IMG/VR virus record: IMGVR_UViG_3300025133_000045 | Location: 1-64,000 of that record | DNA length: 64,000 nt | From: a virus | Reading direction: 5' to 3' (one strand) | In this document: in pieces, positions 1 to 9,989 of the stretch | How the letters are laid out: the number at the start of each line of letters is the position of its first letter | Position numbering within the stretch: position 1 is the stretch's first letter | The notes under the pieces: model-generated | The model's database searches: none | Told to the model about the DNA's origin: nothing | The model's input: only the letters and a program-made list of their open reading frames with translations | Position numbers and translations under genes: made by a program

Positions 1-1926
1 CGGATTGGCAAAGAACATCAACGCTGCGCCCAAAGCCACAAAAGCCACGCCCAAGCCTATAATACCCACAGCAACGCCCAAAAGTCTATCGGGAGGAATC
101 TCCCCCAAGGCTGTTGCTAAAGAAGCAACCCCCAATGCAGCCACCCCTATGCCAACTCCAACCATAAGAGCAGAAGCAGCCAACGAGAGCAAGCTTGGAC
201 CGGCAGGCTTGGCAGCTTTATCAACTGCTTTGATTCCCGCCGCTGCGGGGAGTCCCCCTGCGGCTGCGGCTGCCAATGTAGTGTTCAAAGCCCCCAGGCT
301 GGCAGCCAAGGCCAGCGGAGGTGCTATCGCTGCCGTTACCGTCATCATTAAGCCCGTAAACGCAATACCCATCAGGCCCACCCCAGCAATCACAGCAACC
401 GTAGCTGCCCCATTCTCGCCAACATTTGTATTAAGCCATTCCGCAAGCCCCTGCAAGCCATCCAACAAAGGTATTATAACATTCTGAATAATGGGGGCAA
501 ACGCAACCGTAAACGCTACCCGCGTTGCTTCAAGTTCTTCAGCGAGTGACTGAGTTACTTTGGTGGCCTTTTTAAGCTCCTCCATATCTTTTGCAGACTT
601 CTTTGATGCCAGCCCCAAAGAATCCAGATCACCGGCCATAAGGGATGCCAATTGTCCTGCGTCCTCAAGGCCAGCCGCTTCTGCAACCGCCCTTCTCATG
701 GCGGGACTCATATCGTCAAAAGACATTCCAGCATCAAGGACGGCATCTCGGACCATCAGCATGGCTTCTGCGGGATCTTCCAGGCTGGCATTGACCATAT
801 CGATGGTATTCAGGAAGGGACCACCCAGCATGGCATTTAATCTTCCAACATGTTCAGCCGCCCCGCTAAAAGTTGTAAATTTCTCTGTGATGCTCAAAAG
901 ACTTTGTAACTCTATGCCTGTCTTCTTTGCCATCTCCCTAAGTTCGATGAATGCATCAACAGCATTCTCGCCAAACGAGGCAAACTGTTTACCAGCCGCT
1001 GCAAACTCCGATGCCATCTCGCCTGGAGCAACGCCCATGGCCTCGGCTGCTGTAAGCAACCTTCTGGAAGTCTCCTCAGCCTGGGTTGCATTCATATTCA
1101 AGCTGGTGGTCATGATGTTTAAGTTTTGAGCGCTCACGCTGGTATCGACACCCAGTTCTCCCATGACTGCTGCGGTCTCTATGAGAGAAGTTTGAGTTGC
1201 TTTCGACATATCAGTAAATTTGGCAGTTTGTGTAAAAAGAGCCTGTGTTGTGTTCGCCAACTCAGCATATGACACGCCAGCCTGAGTTGTTGCCCTGAAC
1301 GACGTGAACATCTGATCGTTAAATGCTCCCTGTGCTCCCGTGGCTTTGTTGAATTCAGCGTTAAGAGATTGAACACTTATGCTGAGTTGTACTGCCGACA
1401 TAATCATGGCAGCCATAAGCTCTTCTGAGGCTGCCATGACATTCGCCGCGAGTTGCTGGGGTTTTAAATTTGCAAAAAGACTCTTCCCCACATCTCCCAA
1501 TCCCCCTGCAAGGCCATCTGCATTCTTGGCTGCCTGGGCTAGTTGCCCACCGAACGAACCCAATATATCTTTATTGCCACCAAAGATGGGGATTAAGCCC
1601 GCTAATTGTTTGCCCAGCCCCTCGGCAGCTTTTCCTAGTTCTCGTTGTCGCTTAGTGGCTTCGGCTAATTCATCCTTAAGAGCTTTTACTTCTGGCCTAA
1701 GCTCTTCAATCTTCTTAATCTGGTCAGCGAGGGCGGCGGCGGTGCCCTTTGTAACAATTATTCTCTCTTTCTGTACTTCTAATAATTCTAAATCTACTTC
1801 TTTTTGGCGTATAGTCCTCTCTACGCTTTCTTCTTTCCCTTTATTAAGCTTCTTTAGCGCGTCTTTTTCGAGCGTGAGAGCCGCAATATGTTCATCAATT
1901 TCAGCCTTAGACCTTTGTTTTGCCAT
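1..1926 (-). CDS. Tape measure protein (partial, runs off the left edge; missing from ORF track)
   Basis: Hand translation from ATG at 1926 (MAKQRSKAEIDEHIAALTLEKDALKK...) is open over the part read, to about 1141. It is Ala/Gly/Leu-rich and helical, has in-register antisense shadow ORFs down to position 5, and lies downstream of tube and chaperone genes. Confidence 0.8.
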   Translation of the reverse strand, partial: MAKQRSKAEIDEHIAALTLEKDALKKLNKGKEESVERTIRQKEVDLELLEVQKERIIVTKGTAAALADQIKKIEELRPEVKALKDELAEATKRQRELGKAAEGLGKQLAGLIPIFGGNKDILGSFGGQLAQAAKNADGLAGGLGDVGKSLFANLKPQQLAANVMAASEELMAAMIMSAVQLSISVQSLNAEFNKATGAQGAFNDQMFTSFRATTQAGVSYAELANTTQALFTQTAKFTDMSKATQTSLIETAAVMGELGVDTSVSAQNLNIMTTSLNMNATQAEETSRRLLTAAEAMGVAPGEMASEFAAAGKQFASFGENAVDAFIELREMAKKTGIELQSLLSITEKFTTFSGAAEHVGRLNAMLGGPFLNTIDMVNASLEDPAEAMLMVRDAVLDAGMSFDDMSPAMRRAVAEAAGLEDAGQLASLMAGDLDSLGLASKKSAKDMEELKKATKVTQSLAEELEATRVAFTVAFAPIIQNVIIPLLDGLQGLAEWLNTNVGENGAATVAVIAGVGLMGIAFTGLMMTVTAAIAPPLALAASLGALNTTLAAAAAGGLPAAAGIKAVDKAAKPAGPSLLSLAASALMVGVGIGVAALGVASLATALGEIPPDRLLGVAVGIIGLGVAFVALGAALMFFANP

Positions 1927-1937
1927 CTATCAAACCC

Positions 1938-2303
1938 TCACTTGAATGGCCATTTGATGCCGGTTTCCCGTTCAAATGAGGCCACCGCCTTCTTCAGATT
2001 GGCTTTGTTGGAAATTGTTCGAGGATCGTCAAGACCATACTTCTTGGCAATATCAATGTATTTCTTTTCATTGCCCAGAGCCCTTGCAAAAGCCCTCACC
2101 TCAGTTGGCGTCCCTCGAACCTTTACGCCACCATACCTGGATCCCACACCAGGATTATCAAACATTCTCTGGGTGATGAGCTTGATCCAGTTACCGAAAG
2201 CACCCAAAAACGACTCATCAAGCTTGTTCTGACGTATCTCCGTAAAATCAATAACAATGGGGTCGAGTTGTTCTTCGTTTATCATATTTACAAATCTCCG
2301 CAA
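1938..2303 (-). CDS. Hypothetical late protein (alternative ATG start at 2285)
   Basis: ORF fills the gap between terminator/promoter and tape measure; late motif directly upstream. Confidence 0.7.
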   Translation of the reverse strand: MRRFVNMINEEQLDPIVIDFTEIRQNKLDESFLGAFGNWIKLITQRMFDNPGVGSRYGGVKVRGTPTEVRAFARALGNEKKYIDIAKKYGLDDPRTISNKANLKKAVASFERETGIKWPFK

Positions 2304-2315
2304 GGACTACTCTTA

Positions 2316-2323
2316 TAAATAGT
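2316..2323 (-). promoter_or_regulatory. Putative late promoter ACTATTTA
   Basis: Recurrent intergenic 8-mer (TAAATAGT on +) just upstream of a minus-strand start. Confidence 0.7.
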
Positions 2324-2328
2324 CTCTT

Positions 2329-2364
2329 AAAAAAGAAAGACCGGAGGCTTTCACCTCCGGTCTT
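2329..2364 (-). terminator. Rho-independent terminator
   Basis: Perfect stem AAGACCGGAGG/CCTCCGGTCTT with 6-nt loop, followed by T-rich tract on minus strand. Confidence 0.85.
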
Positions 2365-2377
2365 ATTTTGGAGGCAC

Positions 2378-2584
2378 TTAGGGGGGACGGCCTCCTGAGC
2401 GGCCCTTTTTCTGAGCCGCCTTTATCTGTTCTTGTTCTGACTTTAACTGTTTTTCTAACCTCTTTAGGAACCACATGCGAACTTGCACTGGGAGATTGTA
2501 GGCTTCATAGAAGCTCCATCCTCCGTGATACTTGAGAAGGAAAAACATCTCATATACGCTCTCAATATATTTATCACTTAGTCC
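2378..2584 (-). CDS. Frameshift extension of tail assembly chaperone (T4 gp51 / lambda gpT-like); not in ORF track
   Basis: Open +1 frame GLSDKYIESVYEMFFLLKYHGGWSFYEAYNLPVQVRMWFLKRLEKQLKSEQEQIKAAQKKGRSGGRPP* begins at the T7 run near the end of the upstream gene. Confidence 0.7.
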   Translation of the reverse strand, partial: GLSDKYIESVYEMFFLLKYHGGWSFYEAYNLPVQVRMWFLKRLEKQLKSEQEQIKAAQKKGRSGGRPP

Positions 2585-3425
2585 AAAAAAATTTGACTGT
2601 CAGGGGCACCTCCATTTCGGTCTCAAACCCGCATGAGGAGCAGGAGAAAGCCTGCGTCAAATCAATATTTGGCATAATCTTTCGATAAGCCTGACGAATA
2701 TACCGTGTATCCAGCGCTGGAGCGTTGGAAATGAATGCTTCTCGCATATGGGAATTGGTATCGCCGTTGACAGAGAGAATCAGTCTCTTCAACTGGTCTG
2801 TAAGGGCCGTTTCGGAAAGATTCTTGCGCCTTCGGTTGGCTGTAAGTTGTGCGAGATACCTTTCATCAATACCGTACATCGGTCGTATTTCTACATCGAC
2901 CCCTAATCTGGGGGTTTTGATAATAAATGTCCCATCAGTGGTCTTGGTAACATCAAAGTCCCCATGATCCTCCCCGTGGTTAATCGTGCCCTTCTCCAAG
3001 TCAAAGGAATAGTTCACATTAGCAGCGCAACTGGGACAGTTTACGCCAACTTCATAATCCTTGCCATATCCACTGATACGTGCTGCAACGATTACGGCGT
3101 TCTTGTCTCCCACCACCAACTCATCAACCTTGATCTTGGGATCAAGAATGATGCTCTGAAGCATCCTATCAATTGCAATTCCTTTCTTCAGAAGGGACTG
3201 AGAGGTTAGGATATCCTCTTCTTTCGCCGTCATAAAACGAATTTCAAGTTGCTCACACCCATGCAAAGGGTGATTCTCTGGATACAGAGTCCCCTTGGAT
3301 GGCAATTCCACAAACATGGTTGGTGTTGCAAACGCCAACATGGGATTGGGAGGAGCCTCACTGATAGGAGGGCTCGCTGCCTGCGCGGTTGGAGCCCCCA
3401 AGCGGTCTCCACTATTTCTAGCCAT
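2574..3425 (-). CDS. Tail assembly chaperone / T4 gp26-like baseplate hub assembly protein
   Basis: VELPSKG..YP and IRFMTAKEEDIL motifs, two CxxC pairs (CPSC, CSSC), C-terminal FFW; lies directly after tail tube. Confidence 0.8.
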   Translation of the reverse strand: MARNSGDRLGAPTAQAASPPISEAPPNPMLAFATPTMFVELPSKGTLYPENHPLHGCEQLEIRFMTAKEEDILTSQSLLKKGIAIDRMLQSIILDPKIKVDELVVGDKNAVIVAARISGYGKDYEVGVNCPSCAANVNYSFDLEKGTINHGEDHGDFDVTKTTDGTFIIKTPRLGVDVEIRPMYGIDERYLAQLTANRRRKNLSETALTDQLKRLILSVNGDTNSHMREAFISNAPALDTRYIRQAYRKIMPNIDLTQAFSCSSCGFETEMEVPLTVKFFWTK

Positions 3426-3474
3426 TCACACCTCTAATTAAAAAAATCTTTATCTCTCAAGCCCTGAATCGCTT

Positions 3475-4089
3475 TCAGGGGGATTCCTCATCGCCCGGCT
3501 TAAAGTAAGTATTGTTATCCATGGTCGCATTTTCTCCAACAATTTCATTGGAGATAGGACCGACCATACTCGAAACCACAGTGTTAAGATAAGCCCAATC
3601 GTAACGGAGTGTCAACTCAACTGTTGACATATCATCGCTATCATAAGACAGTTCAGAAAACTTAGCGCCTGTAATGAAAGCATTCCAAAGGGTCCAAGTC
3701 TCAATCGGGTCACTCAAAGAATCAATCTGTTCAATAATACAGCCACCCAATGCAGAAACTGCTGCTGCCTTTGACGTGGTGGTCCCATAATCTGCCGAGG
3801 TCAGTTTAGATGGATCATAGCCAGATGCAGCAATAATCGCCAAAGTCTGGTTGGCTGCGTCTGGAGAAACAGGATCGACCAAAGTTAGAGTTACCTCGTC
3901 CCACTCTGTACCAGTGGGATAATGGAAGGTGTGATTTAAAAACTTGTGCTCAGTTGTACCGATGGTAAAACTTGGCTTTGTAACGCTCTTAGCATACCAT
4001 TGTGCTCCATTCTCCATCGTTCCGATGGTGACCAAAAACCTATATGCTCTCTTTGGGTCTTGCATGGTTGCATCTGTCCAAAATCCCAT
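3475..4089 (-). CDS. Tail tube protein (T4 gp19-like)
   Basis: PKRAYRF, W..VTLTLVDP, WTLWNAF, LSYDSD..VELTLRYDWA motifs; follows sheath. Confidence 0.88.
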   Translation of the reverse strand: MGFWTDATMQDPKRAYRFLVTIGTMENGAQWYAKSVTKPSFTIGTTEHKFLNHTFHYPTGTEWDEVTLTLVDPVSPDAANQTLAIIAASGYDPSKLTSADYGTTTSKAAAVSALGGCIIEQIDSLSDPIETWTLWNAFITGAKFSELSYDSDDMSTVELTLRYDWAYLNTVVSSMVGPISNEIVGENATMDNNTYFKPGDEESP

Positions 4090-4113
4090 CTGTTTAATTC
4101 TCCCTTCTGTTTA

Positions 4114-4121
4114 TAAGTAGT
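4114..4121 (-). promoter_or_regulatory. Putative late promoter ACTACTTA
   Basis: Motif about 25 nt upstream of tube ATG. Confidence 0.65.
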
Positions 4122-4145
4122 AGAAGCGAAATAAATCGCCTCTTT

Positions 4146-7100
4146 TTAATCTTCGAATGAAGCCCCAGTCCTCGTAATATTAAAGTCAATTGCAATGAAC
4201 TCAATCGCCCTTGCAGGCTTAAGGAAAATCTTAGCATACAAGATGTTGCGATCAATTAAGTCTGGGGTCGTAGTTGTTTCGTCAAGAACAACCTTAAACT
4301 CCGTAAGACCCATTCGAGCTTTAACACTCGCCAACAGCGGATTAACCTGTCCCGTAAAACGCTGCCATGTAGCCCGAACATTCTGGTCAAACAAGATACC
4401 AGCAGAAATCCTTGAAATCTTCTTCTTAATGAAAATCATCAAGCGCCGCACATTAATCCGATCCAAAGCAGAAGGCGTAACTTGAAGAGTCTTCTGGCCG
4501 AAGACCACAATGCCTTCGCTCGGGAAAGAAGCAATGGGGTTGATGTTCGCCTCATAGAGGGTGTCACGATCCGAAGAAGAGAGCTTTTGCGTAACAGCCG
4601 TAACTGGAATACCAGCCGCCCTTCCCTTGCTTAAGCCGCCCCTGTTGAAGCCAGCAGGAGCAAACCATACTTCAGACTTCCTCTCAGAACTCGCCAGTGT
4701 CCCCATGACAGCAACCGAAGGGGGTGCCCATAAGAATTGGCCAGTCATCGTATCCTGAATCTGAACCCACGGGTAGTGAGCACAAGCATAGCTCGAATTG
4801 ATGCTTCGATCTCGGAGAGCAGTCACAACGCCAGCAAGCGACGTAGCGTCAACCCTGGTCTGGAAGCTGTCAGCATTCTCAGTGAACGGTTGGTAGATAC
4901 CACGTAGATCAATGACTGCCAAAGCATCTGCCCTGTCTTCACAAGTATTAATGATGGCTTGTGTGAGGTTCTGGTTAACGATACCCGGAGCACTCAACAT
5001 GTTCATTTCAACAAACTCTGGATTCTTAACGGTATCGATAGCCTTCTTAACAGTGTTAAAAGCGTAGTTGTTTCTTATTGTCGCAGCAGAAGTTACAAAT
5101 CCATCTCGGAAAGGATCCTTCTCCGTGATGTCGAAACCATCAAAACCGCCATACAGAGGACTAGTGAAGCGGTTAAAGCCAGAATCAAGCACTGCGGTAT
5201 AAGAAGCCGAAGTGACTGAATCGCCCGCCGAAACCGTATTGATATTGCTTATGCCATTTCTCGAACCCGACATCCAATATGTCTTCACAGCAACGCCACC
5301 TGGTACAACAATATCATCCAAGGTGAAAATCCAAGAATACTCGTTGTTCGCGGGAGGTCCGCTTATAGTGTCGAACCCCGAAGTGCCAAGCGGCAAGCCA
5401 CGCAGATAGTCCCGATAACCCGGATCGAATTTTGTGGATTGCCTGTTCGCAGACCACTCGTTCGTTTGAAGGCCCCAATAAGCATCTTTCGGACTTGCCA
5501 TACCGTGGTCGGTACCCGAAAGTCGCGTAAGAGTCGATGGGAAGAAATACGATCCCGTAAATCGATAGTCTGCACTATCCTGAATAGAAGTTTGAACTGC
5601 CATTCCCGTCAGCCACGGCGCTTCACCCGGAGCCTTCGGAGCCATTCCAAGCCAGGAGCCCGCACAAGAACTCGTACCCTCAACATAAGAATAATTAGCA
5701 GTTGAATCGTAGTCCGCTGAAGCAGAACAGATCACAGACACACCGGCATCGCCAAGAAGGGGCAGGATGTTACGATAACCGGCTGTTTGAGGCCCAGATC
5801 CAGAAATAAGATTGAAACCAGGTGGGCGGGGAGGCCCGAACACACCGAACGGAAGCAGTCGAGTGTCCGCTGCATTGAGATTTGGATTCACTTCGATGCG
5901 GACAATTTCAGATTTATTGGCAAATTCGCCATACTCCCTCATCCGTGCATCCTCATAATCCCACACCAAGTACCTATCACCAATCTTTCTGGCAACATAA
6001 TTCGGCGATTGTGGATCAAGGTTACATTCTGAATACCTTTCAATGATTACAGGCTTTGCATCCGAATCCCAAGCTGCTCGAATAACAACCGTAAAGGATC
6101 CATAATTATTAAAATCATTGGTGGAAGCCTTGATATCCTGAATAGAAACCTTGTATTGTTCTTGGGCAGACTCTCCTTGATCCCTGGCATGTAAACAAAA
6201 TAGCTTAGTCATATTGGTTGCGTCGTAAGATGCAGTGTCGGTTGTCAAGTCTTGAGAGAAGAACCATCCAGTTCTTGGATTAATGTACTTCGTCTGTCGA
6301 TCTGCCCATTGATTGGAACCAGCGCTCGTGGAGGAGAGACTACCAGAGTTAACAGCCGCAATGAATCCATAAACTGTTCCGCTATTGCTGCCGAGCTTTT
6401 CAAAAAGGTGAGATTCATAAGTCTCTCCGAGCCAGTAGAGGTTTTGCGCCTCAGAAAGATTACTCTGATCGGTAATGACACTGTTTGTAAATGTTGGGTT
6501 TGTATTAAATGCCGTTCGAATGTACTGCCCACTATTACGATTAAAGTTAAATGTGGTTCTACGAGCTTTAGCCCCTAAGCTATCAAGCACTATGGCAGTA
6601 AAGCCGAGCGATGAATCTGACTCAACCACAAGACAAGAGCCCGAAGCCGGTAAGGGCGTATTGCCACCAGCGCTGTTACCAGAACTCCGTGCATTGCCAG
6701 AAAGAATCATAGATGATCCACTATTACAATACCAAATGGCTGCCAACGAGCCAGTTCCCATTGCAGCACCCGTAGATGCAGAGGGACAAATAAAGAGGCC
6801 GTAAGCGCCGCCTTTTTGAAACTTAAGAGCTTGGCCGCCTTGTGTAAATTCCACCTCTGTATTCCAGCCACCCATACCAGCCGTAGTGGCATCATTATTA
6901 GGGTGTGCATCACCGAGCATGCGGACATATGTTACAGGTCCAACCTGAGCATCCAGATAGGCTTGAGCCGCATAAGCGCCATAGGTGGGAGCAGAAATGT
7001 TGCCATCACGGAAGTAATCTCCACCACCACCGCCAGCAAGAGGGGCTCCAAAAACATCCACAAACTCGCTGAAAGATTGTACTGTATGGGGGCGCATTGC

Positions 7101-7229
7101 CGGTCCCTGTCGCGCCTTACCGATAACAACAGGTCCAACTTCGGGGGCTACAGCAGGAAGCTGTGAGTTGTCTACTTCGCGCAAAAAGATACCTGGCGAA
7201 ACGAACTTAAATTTTCTTACGTCTGACAT
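4146..7229 (-). CDS. Contractile tail sheath protein (gp18-like, enlarged, 1027 aa)
   Basis: N-terminal FVSPGIFLREVD; C-terminal WFAPAGFNRG, LYEANINPI, GQKTLQ..SALDRINVRRL, KPARAIEFI. Confidence 0.95.
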   Translation of the reverse strand: MSDVRKFKFVSPGIFLREVDNSQLPAVAPEVGPVVIGKARQGPAMRPHTVQSFSEFVDVFGAPLAGGGGGDYFRDGNISAPTYGAYAAQAYLDAQVGPVTYVRMLGDAHPNNDATTAGMGGWNTEVEFTQGGQALKFQKGGAYGLFICPSASTGAAMGTGSLAAIWYCNSGSSMILSGNARSSGNSAGGNTPLPASGSCLVVESDSSLGFTAIVLDSLGAKARRTTFNFNRNSGQYIRTAFNTNPTFTNSVITDQSNLSEAQNLYWLGETYESHLFEKLGSNSGTVYGFIAAVNSGSLSSTSAGSNQWADRQTKYINPRTGWFFSQDLTTDTASYDATNMTKLFCLHARDQGESAQEQYKVSIQDIKASTNDFNNYGSFTVVIRAAWDSDAKPVIIERYSECNLDPQSPNYVARKIGDRYLVWDYEDARMREYGEFANKSEIVRIEVNPNLNAADTRLLPFGVFGPPRPPGFNLISGSGPQTAGYRNILPLLGDAGVSVICSASADYDSTANYSYVEGTSSCAGSWLGMAPKAPGEAPWLTGMAVQTSIQDSADYRFTGSYFFPSTLTRLSGTDHGMASPKDAYWGLQTNEWSANRQSTKFDPGYRDYLRGLPLGTSGFDTISGPPANNEYSWIFTLDDIVVPGGVAVKTYWMSGSRNGISNINTVSAGDSVTSASYTAVLDSGFNRFTSPLYGGFDGFDITEKDPFRDGFVTSAATIRNNYAFNTVKKAIDTVKNPEFVEMNMLSAPGIVNQNLTQAIINTCEDRADALAVIDLRGIYQPFTENADSFQTRVDATSLAGVVTALRDRSINSSYACAHYPWVQIQDTMTGQFLWAPPSVAVMGTLASSERKSEVWFAPAGFNRGGLSKGRAAGIPVTAVTQKLSSSDRDTLYEANINPIASFPSEGIVVFGQKTLQVTPSALDRINVRRLMIFIKKKISRISAGILFDQNVRATWQRFTGQVNPLLASVKARMGLTEFKVVLDETTTTPDLIDRNILYAKIFLKPARAIEFIAIDFNITRTGASFED

Positions 7230-7278
7230 ACTTGTTAGTCTCCTGTAAATCGTTTTGAAGATTTATATTTTACGATAA

Positions 7279-7286
7279 TAAATAGT
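7279..7286 (-). promoter_or_regulatory. Putative late promoter ACTATTTA
   Basis: Motif in sheath upstream intergenic region. Confidence 0.7.
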
Positions 7287-7307
7287 GTATTGAAAAGCGA
7301 AACTCTC

Positions 7308-8174
7308 TTAGTCTCTATAAAAACCCTTCTTTAAATACTCGTTGATGTCACCAAAGATCACACGTTCACGAGGAATTCTGACCTCAACAGCATTTTCTCT
7401 AATTGTAACTCTAGGCTTCTCGTCATTCTTACCTCCACCGATGAGATAACCAAGAACCTTGATATCAAAAGTGTTGAGATAGTATCTACTGTCATCGCCC
7501 ATATTAACAGCGTTGCTGTTGTCAGATAAATCATTCTGAATGAACCCCTCAAATCGGTGTCCATCTCGCAGCATAAAGAAGTTGTTAATTTGGCCTGTGC
7601 GTGTCAAGAACGGTTGCACAATTTCATTCATCTGTTGCACGTATTCGGTTCGTATTGAAATGGTGTAATTGGCGACCACATATACCGGTATCGAAAAAGT
7701 CTTGGTCTGATAGACCACCCGTTTATTGTCGAAAGGAAAGGTTTGTTGCTTATAGAGTCGGCTTGCTGTGGCATTCGCAAATTTGGCTGTCTTCACAGGC
7801 TCAATTCTTCGGGAGACGGTCAACGTTCTTGCACCACCTTTAGCATCACTGTCTGAAGGGATGTGAGCCCAGGCAACCCCCTTCATTGACGGGTCTTTCT
7901 GCATCCCTGTCCTGTGCATTGTAATCATGGGCAGAATAATCCGACTGCTATTGTCTCTGATATCTCTGTCGGCCTTTACCTGCCAGCTTCTCTCGCCACT
8001 AACCCACCGAATATCCACTTTTTCCCAACCGCCATTGGTGGTTGCAAACGGATTCACTTCTTCGTTAAGCCAGTCATGGAGCGAATGATCAATTGTCTCA
8101 ATGGTTGAGGGCATCATCGTCATTTCACGAACAGCGGAGTTCTTTTCTCCAACCTTGGTACTATCACCTGGCAT
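7308..8174 (-). CDS. Tail terminator / sheath stabilizer (gp15-like)
   Basis: Position between neck and sheath; LPMITMHRTG and PVYV..NYTISI.TEY..QMNEIVQPF pattern. Confidence 0.6.
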   Translation of the reverse strand: MPGDSTKVGEKNSAVREMTMMPSTIETIDHSLHDWLNEEVNPFATTNGGWEKVDIRWVSGERSWQVKADRDIRDNSSRIILPMITMHRTGMQKDPSMKGVAWAHIPSDSDAKGGARTLTVSRRIEPVKTAKFANATASRLYKQQTFPFDNKRVVYQTKTFSIPVYVVANYTISIRTEYVQQMNEIVQPFLTRTGQINNFFMLRDGHRFEGFIQNDLSDNSNAVNMGDDSRYYLNTFDIKVLGYLIGGGKNDEKPRVTIRENAVEVRIPRERVIFGDINEYLKKGFYRD

Positions 8175-8655
8175 TGAATGTTCCCTCCCTCACTGCTGTG
8201 CAACGAGCCGCTATCTCCATCCGATGTTCTATTTGACCAAAGAGCCGAGATTCAGATAAATTGGCGATCTCATAGTAAATATCGCCATAAAGCACAAAGT
8301 CCCCTTGACGGACAAATAAATCTTGATCTTCTGTTAAACGTCTACGATGGAAGTGAATCGTAATATTTGCATCGAAATCAACGCCAACGTTGTCGGTATA
8401 GATGGTCTCATAGTCCACCATTTCCACAAGAGCCATCACCCTGATAGGGGGGAGAAACGTCTTTACGATGGCCTCACCATAAAGAGGGTGAAAGTTTGTT
8501 CTGCCCACATCGATGGGATAATAAATTATACTTTGCCCTATTACCCTCTCGATTAATTCATCGTTAACCTGCTTAACAAGGTCTCTTTCCTTCTTGCCTG
8601 TAAAGAGGGGAGGAGGAGGCTGCGCTGGTTGTTGCCATTTGTTGTCGGTAGACAT
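8164..8655 (-). CDS. Neck / head-closure protein (gp14-like)
   Basis: ELIE.VIGQ.IIYYP, HPLYGEA, GDFVLYGD.YYEI motifs; synteny. Confidence 0.7.
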   Translation of the reverse strand: MSTDNKWQQPAQPPPPLFTGKKERDLVKQVNDELIERVIGQSIIYYPIDVGRTNFHPLYGEAIVKTFLPPIRVMALVEMVDYETIYTDNVGVDFDANITIHFHRRRLTEDQDLFVRQGDFVLYGDIYYEIANLSESRLFGQIEHRMEIAARCTAVREGTFNAR

Positions 8656-8661
8656 TTTTCA

Positions 8662-9939
8662 TTACCCCTGATAAATTAGTAATGGCACAAATTTCTGAGC
8701 CGTGTTGACATTACTCATTACTCCTGCATCCTGTTCTGCCAACTTGGAGTAAGTCAATTCATCAAGCACCGTTTTGAGTTCTTCTCTCAGCTTTTCTTGC
8801 TCATCCTTGGCTTGTGTGATCAGGTCTGCTCCATTTAAGTTTACCGTTTCACCTGGGATGGGGATGCTCCCAAATTTACTGCGTACTTGTCCCAGCGTCT
8901 CCTTGGTCAGGGCCAGTGCAAATCGCCGGATCCACTGCTTGCCTATGGAGTTAATGGAACTATAAGGAATATTTGTAAAAGGCAGTGTATTCATATTATT
9001 GATACCCTTTGAACCGATATCCTTATCACTATATTCTTCCCAATTGTTCAATTCGTTTTCAATCGTGAATGTAACCCAAAGATTTTTCACGATTTGGGCA
9101 TCAGGCTCAGGAAACAACCTGAGTTTGTTGTTGTGGATTTCATAGGAATAGTGTGAGAGCCGCGTATACAAGTGGTCTTCATAAGCCATAGCTTGCATCT
9201 TGTTCTGCCACACCGGAACAATCTCAAAAGTGGAGTCATCAGTATATTGGCCATACCCATAAATGGAACCATTACCAACGACGTTCAGGCCACCGTAATA
9301 TCCAAAGAATCTCCACATTGATTGAGGAGTCTTATAAAAGACCCTGGTGATATTTAATTTTTTATTGCCCACCTCAAGCTGGTAGGAATAGCCGGAATCT
9401 GATATGGCAGAGGAGCCTGAAATAATGCTTTGAAGGTCATAATCCTGAACGCCTGCGGTGAGTGCCACGGAAGCAGAATATTGGTTTTGATTGCCTCCAA
9501 ATCCAGCTTCCAGTGACGCCCCGTCACCAACCCGATGTCCATATCGAAGCTCAAAACGAGGATATTTCAACTCAACCTGGCTACCACTTAAAGTTTCGCC
9601 CCCAGTCATGATGCCGTTATGGTCGAAGCTGGCTGTAGCCTGTCCAAGGACGCTTCCAAGCATGTTTTTGGCCTGGTGTGTGTTTAAAATATATGAGTAT
9701 TCCAGACAAGCCTCTTCATAATTGGCATAAACCGAGCCAGAGGTTACTTCAAGGTCTAAGACATCCCCACCGAATTTCTGATAGGTGTAAGATACTTGAT
9801 CAGAAGCTCCTGACAAAAAGTCATTGGAGCCTGTATAAATACCCAAAGGGCATGCAGAGGGCACATCGAGGGTGGAACCCGTCGATGGCAGAACAATTGC
9901 GCTAGTCTGACTAGCTGGGCTTAACTTTGGAATAGCCAT
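8662..9939 (-). CDS. Neck / adaptor protein (gp13-like)
   Basis: LG-like GGDVLDLEV, QWIRRFALALTKETLGQVRSKF..IPIPG..VNLNG motif. Confidence 0.8.
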   Translation of the reverse strand: MAIPKLSPASQTSAIVLPSTGSTLDVPSACPLGIYTGSNDFLSGASDQVSYTYQKFGGDVLDLEVTSGSVYANYEEACLEYSYILNTHQAKNMLGSVLGQATASFDHNGIMTGGETLSGSQVELKYPRFELRYGHRVGDGASLEAGFGGNQNQYSASVALTAGVQDYDLQSIISGSSAISDSGYSYQLEVGNKKLNITRVFYKTPQSMWRFFGYYGGLNVVGNGSIYGYGQYTDDSTFEIVPVWQNKMQAMAYEDHLYTRLSHYSYEIHNNKLRLFPEPDAQIVKNLWVTFTIENELNNWEEYSDKDIGSKGINNMNTLPFTNIPYSSINSIGKQWIRRFALALTKETLGQVRSKFGSIPIPGETVNLNGADLITQAKDEQEKLREELKTVLDELTYSKLAEQDAGVMSNVNTAQKFVPLLIYQG

Positions 9940-9960
9940 ACATGGGATCTCCTATCAATG

Positions 9961-9968
9961 TAATTAGT
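9961..9968 (-). promoter_or_regulatory. Putative late promoter ACTAATTA
   Basis: Motif about 22 nt upstream of neck ATG. Confidence 0.65.
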
Positions 9969-9989
9969 CTCCCATGAGACAAAAGTGCT

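Noticed and set aside
5-1945. Plus-strand ORFs of 160-189 aa
   Set aside because: In-register antisense shadows of the minus-strand tape measure gene, which the track omitted because it lacks a stop in the window
3475-7229. Sheath/tube/baseplate as a bacterial contractile injection system or T6SS
   Set aside because: Capsid, portal, terminase and neck genes are present, so this is a complete phage virion module
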